Of a stretch of 64,000 bases of DNA, positions 27,273-37,419 are shown piece after piece (the first letter of the stretch is position 1; each line of letters starts with the position of its first letter). The stretch is taken from assembly GCA_965215885.1 (NCBI GenBank), contig CBDCEW010000100.1, forward strand, positions 1-64,000. Direction: 5' to 3'. The DNA comes from Candidatus Moanibacter sp. Lineage in GTDB: Bacteria; Verrucomicrobiota; Verrucomicrobiia; Opitutales; UBA2987. The translations under genes and the position numbers were made by a program. The notes below the pieces were generated by a model that made no database searches, was not told the DNA's origin, and saw only the letters and a list, made by a program, of their open reading frames with translations.

Positions 27273-28559
27273 ATGTCAAAGAAGCTGAGATTGGAGATAA
27301 TCACGTTAGGGGACGAGTTGCTGCTCGGAATTCGGGCGAACAGTCATTTGACCTACCTGGGTAAACAGGTAGCGCGTTACGGAGTTACGATTCAGCGCAA
27401 TATTGTGATTCGCGATGAAGCGAAAGAAATTGAGCAGTTTTTTCTCGAATCCTGGGCGACATCAGACGTGGTCATTACGACGGGAGGTCTCGGGCCTACG
27501 AGAGACGATGTAACACGCGAGACGCTCGCTGAGGTGCTGGGTTTGAAGCTTGAACATGATGATACGGTGGAAGCGGCCATCCGGGACAGGTTCGAGAAAA
27601 TGGGTCGTCGCGTCACCGAAAACAACTTGCGCCAGGCTATGATACTTGAGGGAGCGGAAGTTCTTCCTAACAGCAACGGGACGGCGCCCGGTATTTGGCT
27701 GAAAAAGGATGGGAAACATCTGGTAATGCTTCCCGGGCCTCCCATGGAGCTTTACCCCATGTTTGAGGAGCAGGTCCTGCCCCGGTTGCAGGCGGAAGGG
27801 CTGATTGCGAAAAGACCTTATTATCTGCAGTTGAGAACCTGCGGAGCCGGCGAATCACATCTCGAGAGTGAACTCACTCCCATATTTGAACGACACGGAG
27901 AAAAACTATCGGTGGCCTACTGTGCTCACGACGGCATGGTCGATATACGGCTGAGCCCGAGGCATGAGGGGTTACTGAGCTGGAGTGAGATCGAGGGCAT
28001 CGGAGAGGAGTGCAAGGAATCGATTGGAGAAGACTTTGTCGCATTCGGCGATTCCACTCTCGCCCAATTGGTGCTAATTCAGCTCCGTGCCCTGGGTAAG
28101 ACCCTGGCGGTCGCTGAATCATGCACCGGGGGACTGCTGGCGAATTCGTTTACCGATATACCGGGAGCTTCCAAATCATTCGCAGGAGGGGTTGTCTGCT
28201 ATAATAACAACGCTAAGATTGAGTTGCTCGGGGTTCCGGATAGCATCGTGCAGCAGCATGGTGCGGTGAGCGCTGAGTGCGCGGTGGCCCTGGCAACCGG
28301 AGCGGCGGAAAAGTTCTCATCCGATTATGCTCTTAGCGTGACAGGTTTTGCCGGACCAGGGGGAGGCACGGAAGAAAATCCGGTCGGCACATTGTACTTG
28401 GGTTACTCCTCCCCGGTTGGCGTTTGGTCGCGAAAGTTGGTCTACCCCGGGAATCGCCTGGCTGTAAAATCGCGCGCCGTGAGCGCTTCTTTGGATTGGA
28501 TGCGGCGCAACCTCAAGCAGTATCAAGTTGAGGATGTTCTCGCCAGCATGAGCTGCTGA
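27273..28559 (+). CDS. cinA: Competence/damage-inducible protein A (MoCF-like + PncC NMN deamidase domains)
   Basis: GDELLLG, TGGLGPTRDDVT, NGTAPG, AESCTGG, GAVSAECA. Confidence 0.95.
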   Translation: MSKKLRLEIITLGDELLLGIRANSHLTYLGKQVARYGVTIQRNIVIRDEAKEIEQFFLESWATSDVVITTGGLGPTRDDVTRETLAEVLGLKLEHDDTVEAAIRDRFEKMGRRVTENNLRQAMILEGAEVLPNSNGTAPGIWLKKDGKHLVMLPGPPMELYPMFEEQVLPRLQAEGLIAKRPYYLQLRTCGAGESHLESELTPIFERHGEKLSVAYCAHDGMVDIRLSPRHEGLLSWSEIEGIGEECKESIGEDFVAFGDSTLAQLVLIQLRALGKTLAVAESCTGGLLANSFTDIPGASKSFAGGVVCYNNNAKIELLGVPDSIVQQHGAVSAECAVALATGAAEKFSSDYALSVTGFAGPGGGTEENPVGTLYLGYSSPVGVWSRKLVYPGNRLAVKSRAVSASLDWMRRNLKQYQVEDVLASMSC

Positions 28560-28573
28560 TCAGCTGGGAGAAG

Positions 28574-29671
28574 ATGGCGGGAGAGAACTTCACTTTTGTG
28601 TGTGGGGGCGATGATTTTATCGTAACCCGGTTGGGGAAAGCTCTCTTTGAATCGAAGAAAGGGGATACAGAGGACGAGTTTTCCACCGAGATTATCAGCG
28701 GCGTAGCCAGTAACGTATCTGAAGTGGAGATCGCTGTGGGACGATTTCGACAGGCGGTGCATACGTTGCCCCTCTTTGGGGAAAAGAAGACCGTGTGGTT
28801 CAAGGATGTGAACTTTCTCGGTGATTCGGTGACGGGAAGGGCGGAGGGCACACTCGCACAAGTGGCCATGCTTCAGGAGACTCTGTGTGAGGTAGAACCG
28901 GAATCGGTCGCGCTGGTCATCAGCGCATTTCCGGTCGACCGGAGGCGCTCTTTTCTCAAGTGGTGCGAGGAAAATGCCGACTTCCGCCTGGCCGGCGCGG
29001 GGAGCGATCGCGAAATTTCTATTCTCCCTCTCATCGAAGAGGAGTGCCGGGAGTTGGGGGTAAATCTGGGTCGGGATGAGCGGGAGTATCTGATCGCGAA
29101 ACTTGATGGAAACTCTCGTCTCATCATTGAGGAGCTACGCAAGCTTGCGACCTATCTTGGAGATGAGGGCAATACGATCAGCGAGGCGCATATCGCGGAA
29201 CTGGTTACAGACTTCGGCGAGGGAAACTTCTTTGAGGCGTCGGAAGCCTTTTTCTCTTTTGATCTCGAATGGACGCTGGCCGCCATTCGCCGTCATTTCT
29301 TTTCCCAGAGAGATGCACGCGGCCTGATTACTTCTTTTCAGAGACGCAATCGACTTTTGATACAGCTGCGGGTGCTCCTCGATTGCGGCGAATTAGGGAG
29401 GGGAGGAGGCGGGATAAGTAAGGCAAATCTGGATAGTGCGGCGCTCGTCTACGAGAGACACTTTGGTGAGGTGCGGGACAAGAGCAGCTTTAATGTATTC
29501 ACTCAAAATCCCTGGTATTTGGGACGTCTCGCAAAAATAGCCTCCAAGTTGCCTCTGAAGAGACTGATTGAGTTCCAGAGAGAATTTCTGAGCGCATTTG
29601 AGGCGATTCTGAGCCGTCCCGATGAACAGGAGGAGGTCATGCGGAGTCTCGCCATTCGCTGTCTCAGTTAG
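28574..29671 (+). CDS. holA: DNA polymerase III delta subunit
   Basis: GGDDFIV, TLPLFGEKKTV, ELRKLATY; size and layout of HolA. Confidence 0.85.
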   Translation: MAGENFTFVCGGDDFIVTRLGKALFESKKGDTEDEFSTEIISGVASNVSEVEIAVGRFRQAVHTLPLFGEKKTVWFKDVNFLGDSVTGRAEGTLAQVAMLQETLCEVEPESVALVISAFPVDRRRSFLKWCEENADFRLAGAGSDREISILPLIEEECRELGVNLGRDEREYLIAKLDGNSRLIIEELRKLATYLGDEGNTISEAHIAELVTDFGEGNFFEASEAFFSFDLEWTLAAIRRHFFSQRDARGLITSFQRRNRLLIQLRVLLDCGELGRGGGGISKANLDSAALVYERHFGEVRDKSSFNVFTQNPWYLGRLAKIASKLPLKRLIEFQREFLSAFEAILSRPDEQEEVMRSLAIRCLS

Positions 29672-29725
29672 ACCCCGTTCGAAAAGTCCATCGGAGGGGA
29701 GGTTTCAGGTGTCGGGTTTCGGGTG
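29669..29725. mobile_element. Degenerate end of the IS found at 59566
   Basis: TAGACCCCGTTCGAAAAG versus TAGACCCCATTCGAAAAG at 59565; begins on the holA stop codon. Confidence 0.6.
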
Positions 29726-29865
29726 TTCGGAACTCGACACAACGGACTACGGACAACGGACCTGCTCATTTGGATGTTGCGCCTTGGGTGTTCGATGTTG
29801 GGTGTTCGAAACGTTTCCTCCGGCGTGGTTCATAATCGTGATCTGAAGTCGATGAGTGATTCACA

Positions 29866-29979
29866 CACTTAGTCCCTCTTCTTAGTCTTCCACTCTTAGT
29901 CGCCGACCTTAGTCTCACACAAGACCCGTCGACTAAGTGCCAGGACTAAGTGTGTCCGACTAAGGGTTGAGACTAAGTG
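29866..29979. repeat. Mirror array of 4x CTTAGTC then 4x GACTAAG
   Basis: CTTAGTC at 29868/29881/29895/29908 and GACTAAG at 29931/29944/29958/29971; spacing 13-14-13 in both halves. Confidence 0.9.
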
Positions 29980-30524
29980 TGCCTGGCTCCCGCGCATTCA
30001 CCTTTTCCGTCCCTGTCTTCGCTCTCACTTTCTTCTATCCCCAGCCTCATCCGTTGTCTTCTCGAATCCGCTGGGTTTTCGCTTCTTCCTCAGTCCGTAA
30101 GTGGAGTTCAAAGTCCCGGAGCAGACACGTGAAACCAGGAACATCGAACCATGTTCTGTTTTCAACACCCAACATCCAAGTGGGGACCTCCGGTAGGAAA
30201 CTTTGTCGTAAGCTTTGTCGCGATCCCGCTCAGCGGGACGAATTCGATCCAACCAATCTCCTGATCCTTCGTCGTAAGCTTCGTCGACTGTCAATAAATT
30301 GAAAATAAGCCATCAAAGTATGTCGGTGATGGAGATTATCTTTTGTACCTACCTAGCTCAGTGAGTCGCGTCTCTAAGCGAGTTTGAAGATCGTCAACGA
30401 ATCATCTATAATGGATTCAGGACGATCCTGGTGGATCAGGAGGACAGCACTGGATGGGGGAGGGCCCGTGTGTTGAGGCGTTCGGATGGTAAGGAGTTTG
30501 TTCCCGGAAAGGGACCGCTCCAAG

Positions 30525-30580
30525 AAGCTTATTGAGCGTTTTTCTCAATGTTGGCATCAGGCTTGCCAACGGTTGCCGCT
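30525..30580 (+). repeat. 56-bp direct repeat, copy 1 (contains a sigma54-like -24/-12)
   Basis: AAGCTTATTGAGCGTTTTTCTCAATGTTGGCATCAGGCTTGCCAACGGTTGCCGCT; copy 2 at 31213-31267. Confidence 0.85.
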
Positions 30581-30749
30581 TTTTAAGAGTAGCCACGAAA
30601 GAACGCATCCGTCTTCGCGATGCTTCGCCGAGACTTGGAGAACGCAAAGAACCCGTTTCCTTTTTGCGCTCCTGGTGCCTGTCCCAGCCTGCCGGGGTTC
30701 TTTCCTGTCTCGGCAAAACGTAGCGACGACGGATGCGGCCAATTAGAAA

Positions 30750-30947
30750 TTACGCCGAGAACCGAACGAGGTCTTTGATGGCACTTCTGACTTCGTTCAT
30801 GCTGGTGTAACGCGGCAAGTCATCGACAGACTCATTGATTGCTTCAAGAGTCTCTGCATTAGGCAATTTACGCACGAACTCAACAACCTTCCCTTTTTCA
30901 TTTTCGGGAAGACGCGCGATCTCTTCGATGATTTCTGCGGCATTCAT
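30750..30947 (-). CDS. Small antitoxin-like protein (addiction-module/RelB-DinJ-like C-terminus)
   Basis: MNAAEIIEEIARLPENEK...PNAETLEAINE...RYTSMNEV; GAGG RBS; no adjacent toxin seen. Confidence 0.6.
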   Translation of the reverse strand: MNAAEIIEEIARLPENEKGKVVEFVRKLPNAETLEAINESVDDLPRYTSMNEVRSAIKDLVRFSA

Positions 30948-31212
30948 GGGTCCTCACATCGGCTATTTTCGTTGATCTGGCAAGTTAACTGTCATCTCCA
31001 TTCTCGACCTTGAGTTCTTCGAGCACGGGCGCCAAAGATTGAGGAAGCGACCGAGGGATGTGTTGGAACTGCGGAACCCGAATTGTGGAGGCCGGTTTCG
31101 GTTCCTTTCCCCCCCTCCCCCCATTTCGCGGCGCGAAATGTTTAGAAATTCGCGTTTGTGCGCGAATTTCCAGGTGAAGCAGGATCAACGATTCTCAGGA
31201 TGTGAATCCGAA

Positions 31213-31267
31213 AAGCTTATTGAGCGTTTTTTCAATGTTGGGATCAGGTTTGCTAACGGTTGCCGCT
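31213..31267 (+). repeat. Direct repeat, copy 2, upstream of purB
   Basis: 3 substitutions and 1 indel relative to 30525-30580. Confidence 0.85.
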
Positions 31268-31379
31268 ATTGCTGCGCCAGGAAATCCGTGGTTTCTCTTC
31301 CTCATCGCGCCTTTTGGTTGCGTGTTTTCGAGTTATCCGCTCCTTTTGAGGACTTTTCATGAATATTGGATATTGACTA

Positions 31380-32804
31380 ATGGATAGCGTCCCGAACGTC
31401 CTGGCTGAGCGCTATGCCTCCCCGAAGATGAGGGAGGTCTGGTCTGCTCGCGGTAAGATTCTCCTCGAACGCGAATTCTGGATCGCGGTTATGAAGGCTC
31501 AAAAGGAGCTTGGCAGCGATATTCCCGGTGAGGCGATTTCGGCCTATGAAGAATGCAAGGATGAGATCGATCTGGAGGATATACGCAAGCGTGAGAAGAT
31601 CACGCACCATGATGTGAAGGCCCGGATCGATGCGTTTTGCGACCTGGCCGGCTACGAGCATATCCATAAGGGGCTGACGAGTCGTGATCTGACCGAAAAC
31701 GTTGAACAATTGCAGATTTATCGCAGCCTGAGCCTGACCAGGTTCAAGAGCGTGGCCGCCCTCCTCATCCTATGCCGCCGGGCGCAGGAGTATAAGGACC
31801 TGGTTATCACGGGGCGCACTCATGAGATGGCTGCGCAGCCGACCACCCTGGGGAAGAGACTGGTTATGCACGGAGAGGAATTGCTGCTTTCCCTCTGCCG
31901 GATTGACGAGCTCTTCAGCCGGTATCCCTTTCGTGGTTTGAAGGGTGCGGTGGGCACGCAGCTCGATATGTTGACCCTGTTTGACGGGGACGCGCGAAAA
32001 GTGGCGGGGATGGAATCCCGGTTGCTCCAACATCTCGGAGTCGAGAAGGTATTGAGAGCGACGGGGCAAGTGTATCCCCGCAGCCTGGACTTTGAAGTTG
32101 TCAGCGCGCTTTTTCAACTCTCCTGTGGACCGTCCAGTTTTGCCAAGAGCCTGAGATTGATGGCGGGGCATGAGTTAGCCAGCGAAGGGTTTTCCGAGGG
32201 ACAGGTGGGTTCTTCGGTCATGCCTCACAAGATGAACAGTCGCAGCTGTGAAAGAATCAATGGCTTCAACAATATTCTGAGGGGGCACGTCGCGATGGCC
32301 GCGAGCATATCGGGAGACCAGTGGAACGAGGGTGATGTGTCCTGTTCGGTGGTGCGTCGAGTGGTATTGGCGGATAGCTTCCTTACGATCGATGGACTCC
32401 TCGATACATTCATTTCGGCGTTACTTAATTTGAAGGAGTTTCCCGCTTCAATCGAGCGCGAAAATAATCAGTACCTGCCGTTCCTTGCCACCACCACGGT
32501 ATTGATGGAGGCGGTCAAGAACGGTGCAGGGCGAGAATTCGCACACGAGGTTGTCAGGGAGCACTCAATTCGAGTCCGGAAAGATCTGCTGGCGGGAAAG
32601 ATCGCTGAAAATGATCTCCTGGAGCGCCTGGCGGCTGATTCACGACTGGGGCTGAACCGCACCCGGTTGCAGGAAATTGTCGACAGGGGAATTCGGTTGG
32701 CGGGAACGGCATCGGTACAGGTCGACCATTTTATTAAAGATTCCTTATCCTGGAAGGAGCGTTTTCCGGAAGCTGAGAAATACCTGCCTGACGAGATTCT
32801 TTAG
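31380..32804 (+). CDS. purB: Adenylosuccinate lyase
   Basis: HHDVKA, HKGLTSRD, GRTH, GSSVMPHKMNSRSCE. Confidence 0.96.
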   Translation: MDSVPNVLAERYASPKMREVWSARGKILLEREFWIAVMKAQKELGSDIPGEAISAYEECKDEIDLEDIRKREKITHHDVKARIDAFCDLAGYEHIHKGLTSRDLTENVEQLQIYRSLSLTRFKSVAALLILCRRAQEYKDLVITGRTHEMAAQPTTLGKRLVMHGEELLLSLCRIDELFSRYPFRGLKGAVGTQLDMLTLFDGDARKVAGMESRLLQHLGVEKVLRATGQVYPRSLDFEVVSALFQLSCGPSSFAKSLRLMAGHELASEGFSEGQVGSSVMPHKMNSRSCERINGFNNILRGHVAMAASISGDQWNEGDVSCSVVRRVVLADSFLTIDGLLDTFISALLNLKEFPASIERENNQYLPFLATTTVLMEAVKNGAGREFAHEVVREHSIRVRKDLLAGKIAENDLLERLAADSRLGLNRTRLQEIVDRGIRLAGTASVQVDHFIKDSLSWKERFPEAEKYLPDEIL

Positions 32805-32866
32805 GAATTAGGAATCTGTCGGCTTAGCCCTTCGACAAGACCGGGGCAGCCTCAGAAACGCTAAAC

Positions 32867-34048
32867 AGACCCCATTCGAAAAGCCTTTCGAGCGGGCGGT
32901 TTAAGGTTCTCGCCACGGGCGGACCAGCCTATGGCTGGCAGGTTTCGGGTTTTAGGCTGCCGGCGCTGCCGATGAGCAGGTATTGAGCGGCCATCGGCGT
33001 GGCTTGCTGCACAATACGTATATTTGCCGCTGCCTGGAGGCATTCATCCCGTGGTGCTTTTTTCTCTGAGCTTCAAAGCGGTCAGATTCAGGCTGCCTGT
33101 TCCAGTTCCTCCCCCGGCGTTTCTTCAAGTATGATGCGGCAGAAGTTGTAGGCCAGAATCGAGCAGTTCATCGCCTACCGCATCGATGCCGCGGCGGCCG
33201 AGTTCGCCAAAGGCAAATCCATCTTTAATCGTGAACATCAGCGACTCCACTGCGGAGCATCGCGGCGTGCCTCGCGATACGCCTGCTCTCCCAGTCCTCG
33301 GGGGTGGTCAACTTCTTGCCCTTCGCGGTGCTTTAAGAGCACCTCCTTGCGTCCCTTCGCCGGCATATGTCAGGGCGAGAATTCGCACGAATCGCCGAGG
33401 TCAATGGAGTCAGGGTACGCAGGCTCGCTGCACCAGTTGTGGCTTGTACCCGATCGATTGCGGCTGTGTAGGCCGCCGGAAAGATCTGCTGGCGAGGAAA
33501 GATGCCCGCTCCGCGGCGAGTGAAAATCAAGATGGCTCAGTTCCCCCTGAGAGCGCCTGCGGGCGGCCTGTGTTTCTTCAGCTTGCCCTTCGACTTCGGT
33601 TTGCGCGGCCAGACAAATCTGAAACTCCAGCTTGCAGCCCGCCCAACCCATCCCTTGCGAAAATCCTCCAGCCCGAAGACAGGAAATTGTCGACAGCAGC
33701 TGGAAGGTGCTGTTCGGCTTTGGCTCCGGTTTATCAAAGAACTCGCGGGCATGACCAGGTACGTTCTCCAGGTCGTCACCATCAGTCCCCCGCTTGCAAA
33801 AATTAAGCTCATCGATCGCGCACAAACCGCCGTGCCCGTGGTACCCTCCTGGAAGGAGCCCCGTTTTCAGCAGCCGGATGTCCAGCTGCAGCCCTTCAAA
33901 GAATACCTGAAGTTTCTTCCTGCACGATCCTTCTCGATTCGATGATTTGCGGCGCGAAGGAATTAGGAACTCCGTGTCTGGAACCGGCTGTTCTAAGGGG
34001 GCTTAGTCCCTTCGACAAGACCGGGGCAGCCTCAGAAACGCTAAACAG
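32867..34048 (-). mobile_element. Scrambled copy of the 59566-61484 IS interleaved with purB 3' sequence (probable consensus artefact)
   Basis: First ~460 bp nearly identical to the IS end, then colinear IS pieces alternating with purB pieces; 41-bp exact duplication 32828-32868 = 34008-34048. Confidence 0.85.
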
Positions 34049-34354
34049 GTACAGCGGCAAAGCGGGGAGGGACTCAATCGAATCGAGTGAAAGTTTCGCC
34101 CAGTGGATCGTTATGGCATTTTTTGCTGGCCAACGGTTGCCGATTCGTTAAAGGGGCGGGTGAAGTTGTAACGGAGGCATTCCAAATGCACCTCGGTTTG
34201 CACCTTCTGCATTCCTCGTGAATGGAACGTGGCTACCGCGAGATGGTCTGAGGAGTTTCGGCGGCCCGGCCAAAGGCGAGGAAGAATTGAATTGCTTTTC
34301 TCGCTCGTTGTATATCTTTTGTTTCCATTTTTCTAATCGATTGATGCTCCATTC

Positions 34355-35620
34355 ATGGCCGAAGAACTTGCAGGAAATTGTTTAACAGCACAATCTGGAG
34401 GACCAACATCCGTCATAAACGCAAGTTTGGCTGGTGTCATTACGGAAGCGCTAAACCACGAGTGCATCGAAGAGATTTATGGTGGGCTTAACGGCATCCT
34501 CGGGATTCTAAACGAAGATCTTGTCGATCTTGCGTCAGAATCACAGCAGACGATACGTGGCTTGCGCTACACACCCTCTTCCGCACTGGGAACCTCCCGG
34601 TACAAGCTAAAAAGGTCCCAGGATTTCGAGCGCGTTTTGCAGGTCTTTGAAGCCCACAATATACACTTTTTCTTTTATATCGGAGGAAACGACTCACAGG
34701 ATACGGCGGACAAGATATCTAAACTCGCCCAGGAGCGGGGTTATTCTCTGCGCGTGATCGGTATACCGAAGACGGTCGACAACGATCTTGTCTCTACAGA
34801 TCACTGTCCGGGTTATGGGAGTGTGGCAAAATATGTGGCAACGACGGTGCGTGAAATGGCCTGCGATAATGTCGGAATGGGGCAGGGCGATCTCGTTTCC
34901 ATTCTGGAAGTAATGGGAAGAAATGCGGGTTGGATCGCTGCCGCGACCTCTCTGGCGAAGCGCCGTGATCGACCAAGCGATCCCCCACATCTCATTTACT
35001 TGCCGGAGGTCGCTTTCTCCCCGGAGAAGTATATTGAGGATGTGCGGCGTGTCCTGGGTAAGGAGCGGTATTGCTTTGTCGTTGTGGGCGAAGGCCTAGT
35101 GGACAAAGACGGAAATTACGTGGCCACCTCAAGTGGTCAAATTGACGCGTTCGGACACGCTCAGCTAGGCGGAGCCGGTGAGTATCTAAGGGGTTTGGCT
35201 GAACAGAATTTAGGTGTGAGGGCACGCGCCGCCAAACTCGGTATCGGGCAGCGAGCCGCCGCTCACTGTTCTTCCCAAACCGACAACGATGAAGCCTTTC
35301 TCGCCGGGCAGGCGGCAGTGAGAGCCGCCGTGGTGGAGTGTTTAACCGATAAGATGGTAACGCTCCTTCGCGGTGACGGCGATCAATACACTAGCGAAAG
35401 CGGTCTTTGCGATCTAAGTGAAATCGCAAATGGGGTAAAAATGGTTCCTGAAAGTTGGATAAATGATGACGGCGTGAGCCTGAATTTCCAGTTTTTCAAG
35501 TACGCCCTTCCTCTCATTCAGGGTGAGGTGAATGTGCCTTTCGAGAATGGGATACCCAAATATGCCTCACTGGACAAGATCCGGGTGGAGCGATTGTTAC
35601 GGGCCCATTCCTTCGAATAG
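34355..35620 (+). CDS. pfp: 6-phosphofructokinase, probably PPi-dependent
   Basis: QSGGPTSVIN, GGNDS (Asp at the donor-specificity position), PKTVDNDL, EVMGRNAGW. Confidence 0.9.
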   Translation: MAEELAGNCLTAQSGGPTSVINASLAGVITEALNHECIEEIYGGLNGILGILNEDLVDLASESQQTIRGLRYTPSSALGTSRYKLKRSQDFERVLQVFEAHNIHFFFYIGGNDSQDTADKISKLAQERGYSLRVIGIPKTVDNDLVSTDHCPGYGSVAKYVATTVREMACDNVGMGQGDLVSILEVMGRNAGWIAAATSLAKRRDRPSDPPHLIYLPEVAFSPEKYIEDVRRVLGKERYCFVVVGEGLVDKDGNYVATSSGQIDAFGHAQLGGAGEYLRGLAEQNLGVRARAAKLGIGQRAAAHCSSQTDNDEAFLAGQAAVRAAVVECLTDKMVTLLRGDGDQYTSESGLCDLSEIANGVKMVPESWINDDGVSLNFQFFKYALPLIQGEVNVPFENGIPKYASLDKIRVERLLRAHSFE

Positions 35621-35677
35621 CCCGCTTTTCGTTGCCGGCTCTGCCCTAGTACGTGTTTAGCGTCATGCCTTCGATTC

Positions 35678-35835
35678 CTAGCCCGGACATTTCACACACT
35701 TCGTAGCGAGACGGCGTAGATCGCTGCGTGTCAATGCCTTTCCGAAGCACGGCGGGCGACAGTGTGTTAAGACCCTCTGAGGTCGTCCCGGCACGCCGGG
35801 ATCGTAGCAGAAGATTTGTGAAATGTTCGGGCTAG
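35678..35835. mobile_element. CTAG-bounded MITE family A, 158-bp variant
   Basis: CTAGCCCGGACATTTCACA...TGTGAAATGTTCGGGCTAG; homologous to 45898-46079 and 53907-54088. Confidence 0.9.
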
Positions 35836-37415
35836 CCGGCCGAGATCGTTTGGTAGGCTCGGGCCAGGCTGTCCTTTAATTGTCCGATCAAGATCGGTTT
35901 CGCAATGTAGTCATTCATTCCCGCATCGAGACATTTCTCCCGATCGTTCTTGGAGGCGTAGGCGGTGATCGCGATCAGGTAGATAGCGCTATGCTCCTGC
36001 CCGCATTGTCCATCACGAATGCGGCGAGCCACTTCGAGCCCGTCCATATTCTGCATCTGGATATCGAGGAGGATAAGATTGTAGGCTTTCTCCTTGAGTC
36101 TATCGATCACACCGAGTCCGTCTTCAGCGAGGTCGGATGTGTAGCCGAGCCGAGCGAGGATTTCGCCAATAAGCTTCTGATTGGCCGGTTCATCTTCAGC
36201 CACGAGAATGCTAAGGGGCGCATTCTCCGCAAATTCGTGGTCCACTTGATTATCCATCGCATATTCGGAGACGGCCTCCTTTTCACCGGCTCCAGGTAAG
36301 TCCACTTTGAAATGAAACGTGGAGCCGATATCGGCTTCACTTTCAACCCAGATCTCACCGCCCATTATCTCGATGAGGCGTTTGCAGATCACGAGGCCCA
36401 GGCCGGTACCGCCAAAGCGGCGGGTGGTTGAGGTATCGACTTGTGAAAAAGGAATAAAGAGGCGATCAAAATTCTCCTTCGGGATGCCGATGCCTGTATC
36501 CTTCACGGCAAAAGCAACCGTCCAAAGATTATCCGCTGTTTCCTTGGATTCGATATTGACCTGAACTTCACCTTGTCCGGTGAATTTGATGGCATTGTTA
36601 ACCAGATTTAGAAGGACCTGACGGAGCCGGTGCGGATCGCCCAGATAAAAGCCATTCGATGGGTCTTCGATATTGAATTTTAGCTCTATCTTCTTCTCGT
36701 TTGCCTTTACCAGGACGAGCTCCAGTGCCTCGAGGACGGTGTGTTCAAGATTAAAGGGAGTCGATTCAAGTTCGATACCATGGGATTCGATTTTTGAGTA
36801 ATCGAGGATGTTGTTTATGAGATCGAGGAGATTCTTACCGCTGCGGTTGATGATCTGGAGATGCTCATGTTGGGTCTCATCAATTTCGCTTTGTGCCATG
36901 AGATCGGCAAAGCCAAGAATTGCGTTTAACGGGGTGCGGATCTCATGACTCATCATGGCGAGAAAATCGGACTTCATACGGTCGGCTTTTTCCAGTCTCA
37001 GGTTTGCCTTTTCGAGCGCGGCCTGGTGTTTGATAATCTCGTCTTCAGCATGCTTGATGCGTTGGACGACGCGGACTTTAGCGATCAGAATCTCCTCGTC
37101 GACGGGTTTGGTCAGGTAGTCGAAGGCGCCGAGTTCGAGTCCCTTTGCGATACGGTCGGGATCCCGATAACGCGCGGAGAGAAAGATCACCGGGATGTCT
37201 TTTGTCTGCTCATCCGCGATCAGAACTTCCAGGGTTTCAAAGCCATTCATTTCCGGCATTTGGACATCGAGGAGGATGAGGTCCGGGTGTTCTTCTTTGG
37301 CGAGTTTGATAGCCTCTGCTCCCGAGGTCGCGTCCATGACCTCACATACTTCTTCGAGCATGTCGTGGACGAGGTCGAGGTTGTCGCTATTGTCATCTAC
37401 GGATAGTACTTTCAT
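35832..37415 (-). CDS. Cytoplasmic hybrid histidine kinase (REC-HisKA-HATPase-REC)
   Basis: LILLDVQMP, MSHEIRTPLNAI, NLVNNAIKFT, DTGIG, GGTGLGL, second receiver LILLDIQM; no TM. Confidence 0.95.
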   Translation of the reverse strand: MKVLSVDDNSDNLDLVHDMLEEVCEVMDATSGAEAIKLAKEEHPDLILLDVQMPEMNGFETLEVLIADEQTKDIPVIFLSARYRDPDRIAKGLELGAFDYLTKPVDEEILIAKVRVVQRIKHAEDEIIKHQAALEKANLRLEKADRMKSDFLAMMSHEIRTPLNAILGFADLMAQSEIDETQHEHLQIINRSGKNLLDLINNILDYSKIESHGIELESTPFNLEHTVLEALELVLVKANEKKIELKFNIEDPSNGFYLGDPHRLRQVLLNLVNNAIKFTGQGEVQVNIESKETADNLWTVAFAVKDTGIGIPKENFDRLFIPFSQVDTSTTRRFGGTGLGLVICKRLIEIMGGEIWVESEADIGSTFHFKVDLPGAGEKEAVSEYAMDNQVDHEFAENAPLSILVAEDEPANQKLIGEILARLGYTSDLAEDGLGVIDRLKEKAYNLILLDIQMQNMDGLEVARRIRDGQCGQEHSAIYLIAITAYASKNDREKCLDAGMNDYIAKPILIGQLKDSLARAYQTISAG

Positions 37416-37419
37416 AGAC

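Noticed and set aside
29866..29979. Short regular repeats as a mini-CRISPR or iterons
   Set aside because: 7-bp cores with 6-7 nt linkers and a switch of orientation; no rep or cas gene nearby
33186..33945. ORFs of 147-206 aa in this interval
   Set aside because: They are translations of the IS/purB mosaic, not independent genes
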